A stretch of DNA of 64,000 nt from Candidatus Levyibacteriota bacterium (GCA_043807135.1 JAZDGF010000003.1:8516-72515); one strand, 5' to 3'; positions 29,112-38,917 are shown, counted from the first letter of the stretch. Notes: a model not told the origin generated them from the letters alone. Made by a program: numbers and translations.

Positions 29112-29888
29112 GTGAATTTATTAAATTCAATTATTCTATCTATTGTCGAAGGTATAACGGAATTTTTACCTATTTCTTCAACCGGACATTTAATTCTAAC
29201 ATCAAATATTTTAAACGTTGCTCAAACAGACTATGTAAAGGATTTTGAAATTATAATTCAGCTAGGAGCAATTTTTGCAGTTTTTTTTCTTTACTGGAAA
29301 AAGCTTATTGCTAGCAGGGAAATTTGGAAAAAAATATTAATTGCGTTTTTACCAACTGCTATTGTTGGACTCACACTTTACAAATTCATTAAATACTTTT
29401 TACTTGGAAATACAAATATTACTCTTCTTGCACTTTTTTTGGGCGGAATTATTTTAATAATTCTTGAGCTTTTATACAAAGAAAAAGAACATCACATAGA
29501 TAAAATTGAAAGTCTAAGTTTTAAAAATGCATTTCTAATTGGCGTCTTTCAATCTCTTGCAATAATTCCGGGAGTTTCAAGATCTGCAGCAACAATCATC
29601 GGTGGATTATTTTTGGGAACAAAAAGAAAAACAGCTGTAGAATTTTCTTTTCTTTTAGCAATTCCAACTATGTTTGCAGCAAGCACTCTTGATATTCTAA
29701 AAAGCAACTTTTTTTCTTATACATCTGATCAATATTCTTTTCTTACTGTTGGATTTATAGGATCATTTATTGTTGCCATTTTTGCAATTAAATTTCTCCT
29801 TAATTTTATAAAAAAACATACTTTTATTCCGTTTGGAATTTATAGAATCATTGTTTCAATTCTCTTTTGGCTTTTAATAGTTAAGTAA
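29112..29888 (+). CDS. uppP: Undecaprenyl-diphosphatase
   Basis: VEGITEFLPISSTGH and PGVSRSAATI motifs; GTG 29112 start inferred. Confidence 0.95.
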   Translation: MNLLNSIILSIVEGITEFLPISSTGHLILTSNILNVAQTDYVKDFEIIIQLGAIFAVFFLYWKKLIASREIWKKILIAFLPTAIVGLTLYKFIKYFLLGNTNITLLALFLGGIILIILELLYKEKEHHIDKIESLSFKNAFLIGVFQSLAIIPGVSRSAATIIGGLFLGTKRKTAVEFSFLLAIPTMFAASTLDILKSNFFSYTSDQYSFLTVGFIGSFIVAIFAIKFLLNFIKKHTFIPFGIYRIIVSILFWLLIVK

Positions 29889-29906
29889 TTAATGTAAGAT
29901 AACAAC

Positions 29907-30269
29907 ATGAACTTAAAAAATTTACAAGAAAAGGTTAAACTTTTAGATAGTAAAACAAAAGTTGAATATAAAGTTGAATCTCCCAAAGAAAGAGAAATTC
30001 TTGCCAAAACAGTAAAGTTAAATGAAGAAGTTGGAGAACTTTGTAATGATATTTTAGGAATTTTAAAACTTCAGAGAAAATCAAAGCTTGAAAAATTTGA
30101 TAAAAGAAATATTTATCAGGAATTTGCTGATGTAATTATTACTACAATCCAACTTGCACAAACTGCTGGAGTAGATATCGAAAGAGCAATCTCCGATAAG
30201 ATGAAAACAATTGAGGTAAGGCTTAAAAAAGAGGAGAAGAAACATGTTCACATTTCAAAAGATATATAA
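29907..30269 (+). CDS. MazG-like nucleotide pyrophosphohydrolase
   Basis: KLNEEVGEL...QEFADV motif. Confidence 0.8.
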   Translation: MNLKNLQEKVKLLDSKTKVEYKVESPKEREILAKTVKLNEEVGELCNDILGILKLQRKSKLEKFDKRNIYQEFADVIITTIQLAQTAGVDIERAISDKMKTIEVRLKKEEKKHVHISKDI

Positions 30270-30322
30270 TATCGTTTCTAAAATTCTAAGAGGGAAAATT
30301 GTAATTTATAAAGAATAGTAGC

Positions 30323-33022
30323 TTAGGAAGTTTGTGGATAATGACACTTCTTATATTTTTTCTCACTTCCACACCAACACGGATCATTTCTTCCTAGTTT
30401 TTTCTTTTTAGGGCTATCTGTATTTACTTGCGTATTGTTTGAATTTGAGGTTGAAACAGTAGCAGTATCAGAGCCCGCTGCTTGGGTTGTAACATGCTTA
30501 TGCTGCTGTTGCGCTTCAGGAGGTTGCTGAACTTGAACTCTGTAAACCCTATGTACGACTTCATCGTCAATTCCTGCTAAAAGCTGCTCAAACATCTTAA
30601 AGCCTTCATTTTTATATTCAACCAAAGGATCTTTTTGCCCATACCCTCTTAACCCAATTCCCTGCCTTAAGTTCTCAATTGCGTCTAAGTGATCCATCCA
30701 TAAATTGTCTACGACTGAAAGCATTACAAATTTTTCTACTTCATGTATTAAAGCCTCTCCCATTTGCTTTTCTCGTTTTTCGTATACATCCTCTGCTATC
30801 TTTATTAACAAATCTGATTTTTCTTGATTTGAAGGGAGTTGTTCAAGTTGAGTTTCAATTTGTTTTAAAGAACTTTCGTCAAAAGGAATTATTGTTGCAA
30901 ACTTCTCAATAATTTGTTCATTTACAGATTTTTTAGAATCAATACTGACAGCACTTATTTCAACGGCGTTAATAATTGCTGCTGAGACTATCTCTTTAAT
31001 TTCTTCTCTTAACCCTTTTTCATCCGCTCCTTCAAGCACTTTTCTTCTTCTTTGATAAATTATTTCTCTTTGTTTATTTAATACATCATCATATTCAACT
31101 AAATGTTTTCTAATATCAAAATTGTGCCCTTCTACTTTTGTCTGAGCTTGCTCAATCGCGCGAGATACCAACGGATTTTGCAAAGGGACATCTTCAGGCA
31201 TCTTAAATTTAGTCATAATATTTGAAATTGAGTCTCCTCCAAAAAGGCGCATTATTTCATCATCAAGGCCTACGAAAAATTGAGATGCTCCAGGATCACC
31301 CTGTCTCCCAGATCTTCCTCTAAGCTGATTATCAATTCTTCTTGATTCATGCCTCTCCGTTCCAATTACAATAAGACCGCCCCGATCAAGAACTTCTTGG
31401 TGCTTTTTCTCCCAAAGCTCCCATTCTTTTGTTCCTTTTTTATCCCGTCCGTCTTCATGTTTAGGAGTATCTCCTCCTAAAATAATGTCTACTCCTCTTC
31501 CTGCCATGTTTGTTGCAACTGTAATTGCTCCTTTTTCCCCTGCCTTTGCAATAATTTCTGCCTCTCTTTCGTGGTTTTTAGCATTTAACACTTCGTGCTT
31601 TACTCCACGTCTTCTTAGAGCTTGTGCAATAAATTCGTTTTTCTCAATAGAAGTTGTTCCTATTAAAACAGGCTGTCCTTTTTTATAAGCTTCTTCAATT
31701 AAATTAGCAACTGCTGAAATTTTTGCTCTTGAAGTTTTATAAATTACATCTGCTCTATCTTTTCTTATCATTTGTCTGTGAGTCGGAATTTCTACTACCT
31801 CTAATTTATAAATCTTGTTAAATTCTTCAGCTTCAGTAATTGCCGTTCCAGTCATGCCTGCTAATTTTTCGTACATTCTAAAGTAATTCTGAAGAGAAAC
31901 TGTTGCCAGGGTTTTTGATTCACGTTGAATCGTTACCCCTTCTTTTGCCTCAATTGCCTGGTGAAGTCCTTCGGAAAGTCTTCTTCCAGTCATAAGTCTT
32001 CCTGTAAACTCATCTACTAATATTACTTCGCCGTCTTTTACAATATAGTCTTTTTCTTTATGAAACAGGGTTCTTGCTTTTAAAGCTGCTTCCAAATGAT
32101 AAACAGTGTCAAAATCTTTCTCATAAATGTCTGAAATTCCAAACATTTTTTCTATCTTAATTATTCCATGATCTGTTAAGTGAGCTGTTCTTAATTTTTC
32201 ATCAATTTTGTAGTCAATCTCCGAATTTAATTTATCAACAATTTTTGCGTATTCATAATATTTTTGAGCAGGTGCTTCATCAGGAGCTGAAATAATATGA
32301 GGAGTTCTTGCCTCATCAATTAATACGGAGTCCACTTCATCTACAACTGCAAAATAGTAACCTCTTTGAACAACTTGTGATAAATCATTTGCCATATTGT
32401 CTCTTAAATAATCAAAGCCGAATTCCGAGTTTATTCCGTAAACAATGTCTACCTCATAAGCTTCCTTTCTAGTTATTGGCCGAAGATGTAAAAGTCTATG
32501 GTCATTAGCTGATTTATTTGTAAACTCTGGATCAAAGATAAAAGACTGTTCGCTGATAATTGAGGCAATCTTAAGACCCAGGAAATCAAAAATAGGACCC
32601 ATCCAGCCGCAGTCTCTTCTGGCAAGATAATCATTAACAGTAACTAAATGAACACTTTTCCCTGTAAGCGTATGTAGATAAAGCGCAAGGACTGCAGAGA
32701 GCGTTTTTCCTTCTCCTGTTTTTTGCTCAGCAATTTTACCTCTAGCAAGAACAATTCCTGCCATAATCTGAACATCATAATGTCTTTGTCCAATAGTCCT
32801 TTTTGCTGCCTCACGAGCTAAAGCAAACGCTTCGGGCAAAACCTGCTCAATATGTTCTCCGTCTGCAAGCCTTTTTCTAAACTCTTCTGTTTTTTTTGGA
32901 AAAGCAGCATCTTTTATTTTTTTAGTTTCTTCTTCTAAGGAATTTATTTCATCAATCAGAGGTTTAAGCTTTTTAACTTCTCTTTCGTTAGAATCAAAAA
33001 ATTTTGTTAGTGATTTAAACAT
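30323..33022 (-). CDS. secA: Preprotein translocase subunit SecA
   Basis: TGEGKT, DEVDS, ATNMAGRG and QLRGRSGRQGDPG motifs; C-terminal SEC-C CWCGSEKKYKKCH. Confidence 0.98.
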   Translation of the reverse strand: MFKSLTKFFDSNEREVKKLKPLIDEINSLEEETKKIKDAAFPKKTEEFRKRLADGEHIEQVLPEAFALAREAAKRTIGQRHYDVQIMAGIVLARGKIAEQKTGEGKTLSAVLALYLHTLTGKSVHLVTVNDYLARRDCGWMGPIFDFLGLKIASIISEQSFIFDPEFTNKSANDHRLLHLRPITRKEAYEVDIVYGINSEFGFDYLRDNMANDLSQVVQRGYYFAVVDEVDSVLIDEARTPHIISAPDEAPAQKYYEYAKIVDKLNSEIDYKIDEKLRTAHLTDHGIIKIEKMFGISDIYEKDFDTVYHLEAALKARTLFHKEKDYIVKDGEVILVDEFTGRLMTGRRLSEGLHQAIEAKEGVTIQRESKTLATVSLQNYFRMYEKLAGMTGTAITEAEEFNKIYKLEVVEIPTHRQMIRKDRADVIYKTSRAKISAVANLIEEAYKKGQPVLIGTTSIEKNEFIAQALRRRGVKHEVLNAKNHEREAEIIAKAGEKGAITVATNMAGRGVDIILGGDTPKHEDGRDKKGTKEWELWEKKHQEVLDRGGLIVIGTERHESRRIDNQLRGRSGRQGDPGASQFFVGLDDEIMRLFGGDSISNIMTKFKMPEDVPLQNPLVSRAIEQAQTKVEGHNFDIRKHLVEYDDVLNKQREIIYQRRRKVLEGADEKGLREEIKEIVSAAIINAVEISAVSIDSKKSVNEQIIEKFATIIPFDESSLKQIETQLEQLPSNQEKSDLLIKIAEDVYEKREKQMGEALIHEVEKFVMLSVVDNLWMDHLDAIENLRQGIGLRGYGQKDPLVEYKNEGFKMFEQLLAGIDDEVVHRVYRVQVQQPPEAQQQHKHVTTQAAGSDTATVSTSNSNNTQVNTDSPKKKKLGRNDPCWCGSEKKYKKCHYPQTS

Positions 33023-33154
33023 AAATATCAGTCTTTAGGAACCAATTATTATATTTTACCACATTTTATGAGGCTGAGTTTGACACCTTTTACTCTATAC
33101 AGCTAAATTATATTCACGAGTTATTTTAAGAATAACCATAATTGTTTTTTATAG

Positions 33155-33195
33155 AAAAACCCCGCTTATTTTTTTTATATATAAAGCGGGGTTTA
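33155..33195. terminator. Intrinsic terminator hairpin (stronger U-tail on minus strand)
   Basis: AAACCCCGCTT...AAGCGGGGTTT 11-bp stem. Confidence 0.7.
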
Positions 33196-33237
33196 TACCA
33201 ATTGATCAATTGGTAATCTCCAAATTAATTACCAATC

Positions 33238-33267
33238 CTATTTCTTCTTCTTCTTTTTCTTTGGCAT
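33238..33267 (-). CDS. Putative 9-aa poly-lysine micropeptide MPKKKKKKK
   Basis: AAGGAGGTGA (33284-33275), 7-nt spacer, then ATG CCA AAG AAA AAG AAG AAG AAG AAA TAG. Confidence 0.6.
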   Translation of the reverse strand: MPKKKKKKK

Positions 33268-33475
33268 GAAACAATCACCTCCTTTTTGGCTCACTTCCAT
33301 CTGTAATTTACGGGGATGGGCAGTGATAATTTTATATTGAGATATTTCCTCTGGTTTGTCAATATTTTTATCCTGCTTCGAAACATCAAGTTTAGATTGA
33401 AATAACGCCAAAAATCAGCTAAAAATGCTTATTTTAAAAGAAAAGATAATTATTATTTTTAAAAATAGACTGAGG

Positions 33476-34708
33476 TTATTTTTTAGGAGTGATTTTGTCT
33501 TTTCCTACCCATTTTCTTAAAACTTCTGGAATAATTATTGATCCATCTTTTGTCTGATAATTTTCTAAGATTGCAATAATTGGTCTTGTTGAAAAAGCCG
33601 TTCCGTTTAGAATGCTTACAAATTTTATATTTTGTCCATCGCGATATTTAATTCCCAACCTCCTTGATTGAAAATCAGTTGTTGTAGAAGTTGATGTTAG
33701 TTCTCTATATTTATTCTGAGTAGGAATCCAAGCTTCAAGGTCATATTTTCTTGCAGCAGGAAAACCTAAATCACCGGTACACATCTTTACAACTTGATAA
33801 GGAATATCAAGTAATTTAAGAAATTTTTCCTCAAGTGAAAGAAAATATTCATGTTCTTTATCATCCTCGCCATTTTTTACAAAAGAAACCATTTCTATTT
33901 TATCGAATTGATGCGCTCTTAAAATTCCTTTTGTATCTTTTCCGTAAGAACCTGCTTCTCTTCTAAAACAAGAGGAAAATCCAACATATCTTTTAGGTAA
34001 ATCTTTTGCGTCTAAAATTTCATTTCCATGCATTGCAACAATTGACTGCTCGGAAGTCCCAACCAAAACAAGATTGTCTTTTTCAAAGATATACATATCT
34101 TCATCTCCACCGTTTTCCATATATCCAAGCCCTCTCATAATTTCCGTTTTCATTAAAACAGGTGGAAGAACCGGAATAAAATCTTCCTTGATTAAAGTTT
34201 CAAATGCAAGTTGTTTTAAGGCAAATTCAAGTAGTACAGCTTCGTTTTTTAGAAAATAAAAGCGCGATCCAGATATTTTTGATGATCTTTCAACATCAAT
34301 AATATCCAAGGCTTCTCCTAATTCAAGATGGTCTTTTGGAGTAAAGCTAAATTTTTTAGGTTTTCCAACTTTTCTAACAAGCTCGTTTTCCGTATCATTT
34401 TTTCCAACCTTTACATCTTTTTTTGCAGGATTTGGAATTGTTAAAAGAAGTGTGTTTAATTCTTTATTTAATTTTTCTAAATTCTTCTCAAATTTTTCAA
34501 GCTCATTCTTAATTCTTTTTCCTTCTTCAATATTTCTTTCTTTTGCCGCTTTATTTCTTTGTGCTCTTAGTTCTTGCACTTTTGTATTTAAAGCTTTTTG
34601 TTCGGTGTCAATTTTAAGAATTTTATCTAAATCTATCTCAGCTCCTTTATCTCTTGCTGCTTTTTCAACTAATTTTGAATTTTCTCTAATGAATTTAATA
34701 TCAAGCAT
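33476..34708 (-). CDS. serS: Serine--tRNA ligase
   Basis: MLDIKFIREN, GTSE, FRREAGSYGKD..GILRAHQFDK and LNGT motifs. Confidence 0.97.
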   Translation of the reverse strand: MLDIKFIRENSKLVEKAARDKGAEIDLDKILKIDTEQKALNTKVQELRAQRNKAAKERNIEEGKRIKNELEKFEKNLEKLNKELNTLLLTIPNPAKKDVKVGKNDTENELVRKVGKPKKFSFTPKDHLELGEALDIIDVERSSKISGSRFYFLKNEAVLLEFALKQLAFETLIKEDFIPVLPPVLMKTEIMRGLGYMENGGDEDMYIFEKDNLVLVGTSEQSIVAMHGNEILDAKDLPKRYVGFSSCFRREAGSYGKDTKGILRAHQFDKIEMVSFVKNGEDDKEHEYFLSLEEKFLKLLDIPYQVVKMCTGDLGFPAARKYDLEAWIPTQNKYRELTSTSTTTDFQSRRLGIKYRDGQNIKFVSILNGTAFSTRPIIAILENYQTKDGSIIIPEVLRKWVGKDKITPKK

Positions 34709-35303
34709 AAATTTCCTTTTTTATAATCACTTTTAATTTTTGAATTGCTTTATACCTGTGATTATACACTCGAAGCTCATCATCGGTCAATTCATCTTCG
34801 TTATAATATTTCCCACTCTCTGGTAGATAGAAAAACGAACGATACGGATATCCTTTTACTCTTTTTATATAAGGATTTTTTATAATAAGCCCTCTTATTT
34901 GATCTTCAGTGCTAAAAACTTTTCCATTTGGGAAAGCCAAAGAAAGAACAACTTTAAAAATAGCGCCTCTATTATCTTCAGGTATTTCTTTTGCAATTTT
35001 TCCCAACTTTTTTATAATTTCACTTTCATTTTTCGCCCAATGCTTACTATTTATCCCCGGTTTTCCTTTAAGAGCATCTATTTCTATTCCTCCGTCATCT
35101 GCAAGAGTCGGAAGATTTGTTAATTTTGCAAAGTATAAAGCTTTTTTTTGAGAGTTTTCTTTATAAGTTTTTCCATCTTCTTCTACGTCTTGGTTGAAAT
35201 TTAAATCTTTAAGAGAAATTATTTTTAAATCTAACTTTTTTAAAAACTTTTTAATTTCATTTAATTTCCCTTCATTTCCTGTTGCAATAAGAAGCTTTTT
35301 CAT
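34701..35303 (-). CDS. rdgB: Non-canonical purine NTP pyrophosphatase (RdgB/HAM1)
   Basis: ATGNEGKLNE, ADDGGIEIDAL.GKPG and NHR motifs. Confidence 0.85.
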   Translation of the reverse strand: MKKLLIATGNEGKLNEIKKFLKKLDLKIISLKDLNFNQDVEEDGKTYKENSQKKALYFAKLTNLPTLADDGGIEIDALKGKPGINSKHWAKNESEIIKKLGKIAKEIPEDNRGAIFKVVLSLAFPNGKVFSTEDQIRGLIIKNPYIKRVKGYPYRSFFYLPESGKYYNEDELTDDELRVYNHRYKAIQKLKVIIKKEIYA

Positions 35304-35363
35304 ATTAAGAGCATAGCATAAAAGTTATTGCAATTTTTATTTTTTGTGCGATAATAATGCTCA

Positions 35364-35573
35364 ATGATAGAAAATCCTAGTTTTCGAGTCGGAAAATTAG
35401 AAGATTTAAATATTAAACAAGCACTTGTATTAACAACGCTTGAGAATAATACTGGATTAAATCTTAAGGTTGCTATTGCAGAATGTTTAAAACATTCTGG
35501 AAAGACAGGAGGAATTTTTGAAGCAGGTGTTAAAAGCGCAAATATTGGAGGCTCTAGTATTTTACAGGATTAA
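35364..35573 (+). CDS. Hypothetical 69-aa protein
   Basis: Fills the gap between rdgB and lysS; -10-like GATAAT upstream; no recognisable motif. Confidence 0.4.
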   Translation: MIENPSFRVGKLEDLNIKQALVLTTLENNTGLNLKVAIAECLKHSGKTGGIFEAGVKSANIGGSSILQD

Positions 35574-37092
35574 GCAATTTAAATCTCTTTACAACAAACT
35601 CTCTCTTCAGAGATAATATTAACCAGCTTGCCTTTGGTCCATGATTTTTATCTAAAAGAACTGTATAGATTGCCGAAAATGCTTCTTTAGAAGAAATTTC
35701 CAGTTCTTTTCCCCATTCATAAAGCATTTTTTGGAATTCTTCAGGATCCCAGTCTTTATTTAACTCTAATATTATTTTTTTCAAAAACTCTTTTTGTTTT
35801 GTACTTAATTTTTTAGCACTTTCAGGAAGCTGTTTGCAAATTGTAAATCTTACAGACTCCGATGCATATTTATCTAACCAGTTTTGTGCATACTTTACCC
35901 ATTCTTCCAAACCTTCTTTCTTAATTGTCTCTTCCATATTAGGCATTTGTACCCATTGAGCAAGTGTTGTAAATCTAACTTTAGGAGGAATTTTTACTTC
36001 TTTTATTTGAGACATTTCAAATATTCTTGATAAATCATCTTCTTTTTTATTAGAATATGCATCTGCTGCTTTTTGGTACTCGTCAAACAAAGTCGGAATT
36101 GTATCCTTTTCTAAAGGATCAAAGTTTATTTGCTGATTAACTTTTATTTTAGCCATTAAAAATCTCACAAGCTCCGGAGGAATAATCTCTAAGATGTCTT
36201 TTGCGCTTATTCCCACACCTTTTGATGAAGACATTTTTCTTCCACCAATCAAAAGCCATTCATAGGCTATTGGATAAGGAACAGGGTAGTTTATTACTCT
36301 TTTACAAATAAGCTTTGCAAGGTCATGAGAGCCTCCCGAAGACATATGATCTTTTCCTGCTCCTTCAACTGTTATACCAACTGCTTTCCATTTTGCAGGC
36401 CACTCAACTTTCCAAGAAAGTTTTCCTACCATTTCTTTTTCCGTACTAAAGGGAGATGCTTTCCCTTTTTTTCCACAACCCTTAGTCCATTTAACTTTAT
36501 CAACTACACATTCATATGAAACTTCTTTTCCATCCCAGTCTGTTACAGAAACAGTAGAGATTTTTCCGCAAGACGGACAATACAACTGAAACGGATACCA
36601 ATTATCAGGCAATTCCTTTTTATACATTTCTTTGTAAATTTGCCTAACCTTATCTGTTTTGTCTAAAACCTCTTTTATAACAGGATTCATTTTCCCGCTT
36701 GTGTATAAATCTTTTGTCCAAAGAATTTTTGGATTGCAACCTATTTTATTAAATGCTTCCTGAAATTCCAGAGCAAAATATTTTGCATAGTTTTCAAAAC
36801 CTTCAACAGGAGATGGAATTTTAAATAAGGGCATTCCTAAATACTTTTCATATTTTTCCCTAGAAAGATATGAGGGAATATCATCCATTGGATCGTGATC
36901 TTCAAAAATATAGGTAAATTCAACATTTACTCCTTTTTCTTTTAAAATTTTATATACAAGATCGTGAACAACAACGCCTCGCAAAGCACCAACATGAATT
37001 CTTCCGGACGGGGTTTTCATATCATCAACCCAATATGGTTTATATTTTCCTGATTTTATGATTTCGTCTGCAACTCTATCTGCCCAAAACAT
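35554..37092 (-). CDS. lysS: Lysine--tRNA ligase, class I
   Basis: MFWAD, TPSGRIHVG, GKLSWKVEWP, EGAGKDH and KMSSSKG motifs; ATG 37092 is 6 nt after TATAAT. Confidence 0.95.
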   Translation of the reverse strand: MFWADRVADEIIKSGKYKPYWVDDMKTPSGRIHVGALRGVVVHDLVYKILKEKGVNVEFTYIFEDHDPMDDIPSYLSREKYEKYLGMPLFKIPSPVEGFENYAKYFALEFQEAFNKIGCNPKILWTKDLYTSGKMNPVIKEVLDKTDKVRQIYKEMYKKELPDNWYPFQLYCPSCGKISTVSVTDWDGKEVSYECVVDKVKWTKGCGKKGKASPFSTEKEMVGKLSWKVEWPAKWKAVGITVEGAGKDHMSSGGSHDLAKLICKRVINYPVPYPIAYEWLLIGGRKMSSSKGVGISAKDILEIIPPELVRFLMAKIKVNQQINFDPLEKDTIPTLFDEYQKAADAYSNKKEDDLSRIFEMSQIKEVKIPPKVRFTTLAQWVQMPNMEETIKKEGLEEWVKYAQNWLDKYASESVRFTICKQLPESAKKLSTKQKEFLKKIILELNKDWDPEEFQKMLYEWGKELEISSKEAFSAIYTVLLDKNHGPKASWLILSLKREFVVKRFKLLNPVKY

Positions 37093-37132
37093 AAGCATAT
37101 TATACAAGATTTAAAGGTAAAATTGCAGTTAA

Positions 37133-38884
37133 TTAAAAATCTTCTAAAGTTGAAGTGTCTCCAATAGACAATCCTAGCTCTTTTGCTTTTAAAACTCTTC
37201 TCATAATTTTTCCTGATCTTGTCTTTGGTAGTCTATCTATAAATTCAATTTCTCTTGGATATAAATGGCCAGCTAAATTATTTTTTACAAATGCTTTTAT
37301 TTTTTCTTTTAATTCATTTGATTCTTTAATTCCTGGTTTTAAAACTATAAATGCTTTAATAATCTCTCCTCTTACTTTATCTGGTTTTCCAATTACTCCT
37401 GCTTCAACAATGCTTGGATATTCAACTAAAGCACTTTCAACTTCAAAAGGCCCAACTCTTTCAGCTGCTGTGTTTATAACATCGTCTATTCTTCCAAAAA
37501 ACCAAAAATATCCATCTTTATCTTTATAGGCTCTATCTCCTGAGATATACCAGTCATTAATAAAATAGGAGTTAAATTTCTCTTTGTTTTTCCAAATCTC
37601 TTTCATCAATGAAGGAATCGTATTTTTCCCAAGAGCAAGATTACCTTCTTTTCCATCGGGCAGTTCTTTTCCGTTATCATCAACAATTGCTGCTATTATT
37701 CCTGGGAATGGTTTTCCCATAGATCCTGGCTTTATATCCATTGAGGGATAATTTGATATTGCAATTGCTCCAAGCTCTGTTTGCCACCATGTATCATGAA
37801 ACGGTAATCCAAATACCTCCAGTCCCCACCAGATTGCTTCAGAATTAAGTGGTTCTCCTACACTTGCTAAATACCTTAAGGAGGATAAATTAAAGTCCTT
37901 TGGGTTTACCTGTGAACCCATTAACATTCTTATTGCTGTTGGAGCTGTATACCAAATATTTATTTTGTAATCTTCGATTATTTTGTACCAATTTTCAGGA
38001 GAAAATTTTCCCTCATAAATTACTGAGCTTCCACCAATTCCCAAGACCCCCAAGACGTTATAAGTAACTCCTGTAACCCAGCCCAAATCAGCAGTACACC
38101 AATATATATCATCTTCCTGTACATCTAATACATATTTCGTAGTTAAAATTGCTTGAAGAACATCGTAGTGAGAATGCACAACTCCTTTTGGTTTTCCAGT
38201 AGTTCCAGAGGTATATAAAATGTATGCATAATCTTCTTTTTTTAAATGCTTTATGGAAAAATCTTCTTTTGCTTTTTCCATTTCTTTTTGATAATAAATA
38301 ACGTTTTCTCCTTTAGGTTGGCTAACCGACCCTCTTTCTACAATAATTACTTTTTCAAGTTTTGGTAAATCCTTCCAAATCTTTTTGATTCTTGGGAAAA
38401 GAGTTGCGTTTGTAATAAGCAATTTTGCATCACAGTCTTTAAGTCTATCCAAAAGGGCTATTTCTTGAAAGGCTGGAAATAATGGTCCAGCAATTGCTCC
38501 AATTTTTAAAATTCCAATAAAGGCGATGTGTCGTTCTGGAATGGATGGAAGAAATATAAAGACTCGATCTCCTTTTTTAACATTATTATTTATTAAAACA
38601 TTAGAAAATTTATCAGTAAGCTTTTTTAGCTTGGTATATGTATATTTTTCTTTATCTCCTTTTTCACCTTCAAAATATAAGGCAACCTTGTTTCTTCTTT
38701 CTCCTTTTGCGTATCTGTCAATTAAGTTATACGAGGCATTTAATTTTTTATTTTCAAAAAAATCAATTTCATTTTCATAATTTTTTTCTGAAAACGAATT
38801 GTAAAGATTATCGTAGTTTATTAAATTTGGTTTTTTTGGAAAATTTTCAATTTCCTTGTGGATGATATTAGAATTCTTATTCAC
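37133..38884 (-). CDS. acsA: Acetate--CoA ligase (AMP-forming acyl-CoA synthetase)
   Basis: YTSGTTGKPKG, WCTADLGWVTG, SVGEPLN, DTWWQTE and PKTRSGKIMRR motifs. Confidence 0.88.
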   Translation of the reverse strand: MNKNSNIIHKEIENFPKKPNLINYDNLYNSFSEKNYENEIDFFENKKLNASYNLIDRYAKGERRNKVALYFEGEKGDKEKYTYTKLKKLTDKFSNVLINNNVKKGDRVFIFLPSIPERHIAFIGILKIGAIAGPLFPAFQEIALLDRLKDCDAKLLITNATLFPRIKKIWKDLPKLEKVIIVERGSVSQPKGENVIYYQKEMEKAKEDFSIKHLKKEDYAYILYTSGTTGKPKGVVHSHYDVLQAILTTKYVLDVQEDDIYWCTADLGWVTGVTYNVLGVLGIGGSSVIYEGKFSPENWYKIIEDYKINIWYTAPTAIRMLMGSQVNPKDFNLSSLRYLASVGEPLNSEAIWWGLEVFGLPFHDTWWQTELGAIAISNYPSMDIKPGSMGKPFPGIIAAIVDDNGKELPDGKEGNLALGKNTIPSLMKEIWKNKEKFNSYFINDWYISGDRAYKDKDGYFWFFGRIDDVINTAAERVGPFEVESALVEYPSIVEAGVIGKPDKVRGEIIKAFIVLKPGIKESNELKEKIKAFVKNNLAGHLYPREIEFIDRLPKTRSGKIMRRVLKAKELGLSIGDTSTLEDF

Positions 38885-38917
38885 AATCTACACTAATTAT
38901 ATAAATTTAGGGCTTAA

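Noticed and set aside
30333-30341. DnaA-box match (TGTGGATAA)
   Set aside because: Single copy inside secA coding sequence; no box cluster or dnaA nearby, so not oriC.
33023-33475. tmRNA, SRP RNA, 6S RNA, T-box or CRISPR in the secA-serS gap
   Set aside because: No tRNA-like ends, SRP loop motifs, long rod, T-box consensus or repeat-spacer periodicity seen; it also lies downstream, not upstream, of serS.
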